Source: Paramecium tetraurelia (Eukaryota). From it: 64,000 nt of DNA. Below are positions 62,357 through 64,000 of the stretch, in pieces. Numbering within the stretch: the first letter of the stretch is position 1; the number at the start of each line of letters is the position of its first letter. The stretch is from the NCBI GenBank assembly GCA_000165425.1, contig CT868152.1:186001-250000 (forward strand). Direction: 5' to 3'. Under the pieces are notes generated by a model. The model was not told the origin of the DNA and did not search any database. It was given only the letters and a program-made list of their open reading frames with translations. A program made the position numbers and the translations under genes.

Positions 62357-63506
62357 ATGAAAAAATCACCATTGTTTATTTATACTACGAGAATGGGGTC
62401 TTACTATCACTTAACCCCATTCAATCAGCAAACGCTTAACTTGGATACATGCTTATTGAGTGCTGGTGACTTTTTACATATGGAAAACACACTGAAACTA
62501 CTTCAATCAGAAACCAATATTAGTTTTCGCCAATACATTAATCAAGAGAATAAAATCCTTTACATGACTTCAATTGATTCTTATAAGATGAAATGTGTTG
62601 AAGGATCATCCAATAAAGATGGAGTTAAAATCGCTTAATTAGAAGGAATCAAACCCATGACCAATTAGTAATATATTGAATTGGCAAAAACCATTAATCC
62701 AGAAATGCTGGTCTCCTTAACTGAAAAACTAGAAATCTAAGCAGGCCAAAAATCTACAAAGAGATCTTCTGCAAAATCAGCCAAATTTTTAAAAGAAAGC
62801 TTGGATTAACTAAAAGACACTCAAATAAGCATTTACGGTGCCATCTAAGGAGGGTTGGACACTGTGTCAAAAATCATTGCAGCAGAAGAACAAAAGTTTG
62901 CCATTGATTATCCAAATTTTAAAGGTTTTACTCTCTTTGGATTCAATCAAGGCAGCACTTGGCAAGAAAAGGAAGATGCCCTCTCTGTAGTATAATCAGT
63001 CTTTGATGGATACAATGTATAATACATTTTGGCAGGATATGGAGATATCTTATCAATTCTTTGGGGTTTGAGTTGGGGAATAGAAGGTTTTGAAATAGAA
63101 GAGCCTTTTAGATTTGCACAAGATCTCAAAGTACTTTTACCACCTAAGTTTGATGCAAAAGATAGTGAACTAGAATAGTTTTCTGATGATAAAATTAATT
63201 TTTATGAATTAGAGGGCAAAAAGATTAATTATTTGAACTTCCCCATAAATTCAGACGTTAAAGAAAATGTATATTTTTGATTATATGTCATAGGTACCAC
63301 TGAACCCAGAGTGTCAATGTTTTTCCTGTCAAAATCATACCAAATTGTACATATCCCATCTTGTCGAATGCAAGGAGATGAATGCTTAAGTATTGTTAAC
63401 AATTCACAACACTTATCAATATTAAAAACTGTAGTAGAAATTATAGGAGATGTAAAATAAAAAGCAATTGAATCAATGGATTAGATGGTATTTATAATTT
63501 CTGTGA
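62357..63506 (+). CDS. QTRT2: Queuine tRNA-ribosyltransferase accessory subunit
   Basis: [26 protein letters not shown], Zn site [33 protein letters not shown]; lacks the catalytic QTRT1 DSGGFQ motif. Confidence 0.88.
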
Positions 63507-63542
63507 TATAAAATACCAAAAATAGCATTACAATTATTTTAA

Positions 63543-64000
63543 TCAATATAATGACTTTCTCGCATAAAACAATATGTATGGACTACTACTGCCATCAGTA
63601 TCATATCTTTGTTGTTTAACATCAATCTCTCTAACATCGGAATCGTTATATCGATACCATTTTAAATTAAATGGATTCAAACTGTCACTTTATTAATATA
63701 TAAATAATAAATACGCTGTGTAGTGGCCTCCATAGAGAGTTCCACTATGATTTACTATTCCACACAAGGAATATTAACAATTTTTGGTAGACTAGTCAAC
63801 TAAAATTAAGAATGTCTTACGTGAATCCTAGATGAATTTAGTCATATCTAATTCCAAAGGGAACTTGACTCGATGATTTAATTTGTCACTGGAAAATCTT
63901 CTGTAATCAAATCTTTTGATATGAAACATCAAAATGTGAGGCAATCTCCAAATTGTAAATTTGCGTTTTACTTTCTAATGCTTTTTGCTTCAACATACAA
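63543..64000 (-). CDS. Ubiquitin-specific protease (peptidase C19), C-terminal part
   Basis: IWRLPHILMFHIKRF, VKFPLELDM, YSLCGIVNHSGTLYGGHYTA, WYRYNDSDV, YILFY. Confidence 0.93.

Overview
AT-rich, gene-dense ciliate macronuclear DNA, almost certainly Paramecium (likely the P. aurelia complex). TAA/TAG read as Gln, TGA is the only stop, and genes are split by 20-33 nt GT(A)...AG introns, so the supplied standard-code ORF track is mostly fragments or antisense shadows. Manual translation gives about 35 protein genes. These include SerRS (3' end), an Rpp38/Pop3-like protein, a trichocyst matrix protein, a cNMP-binding protein, a mitochondrial carrier, a divergent Rab, RanGAP, DUF167, a PDI-like protein, kinases, Alba, V-ATPase c, VPS4, Myb, a CCCH protein, RPL27, RPL6, calcineurin B, formin, BEACH, PI4K, cyclin, a RimK-like ligase, QTRT2 and a USP (3' end). 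There is also a tRNA-Ala(AGC) and a damaged tRNA-Val(TAC). Highlights: (1) a ~1.35 kb inverted duplication of a pseudokinase-like gene around two other genes, in which one copy's 1-nt frameshift could be rescued by a newly formed 31-nt intron; (2) several apparent pseudoenzymes, including a peptide deformylase fold with no metal ligands, a Cys->Ser papain-family protein and pseudokinases; (3) a RimK-type ATP-grasp ligase head-to-head with QTRT2; (4) divergent start codons only 2 nt apart. All calls come from reading by eye and motif recall. No database searches were run, and exon boundaries are approximate where stated.
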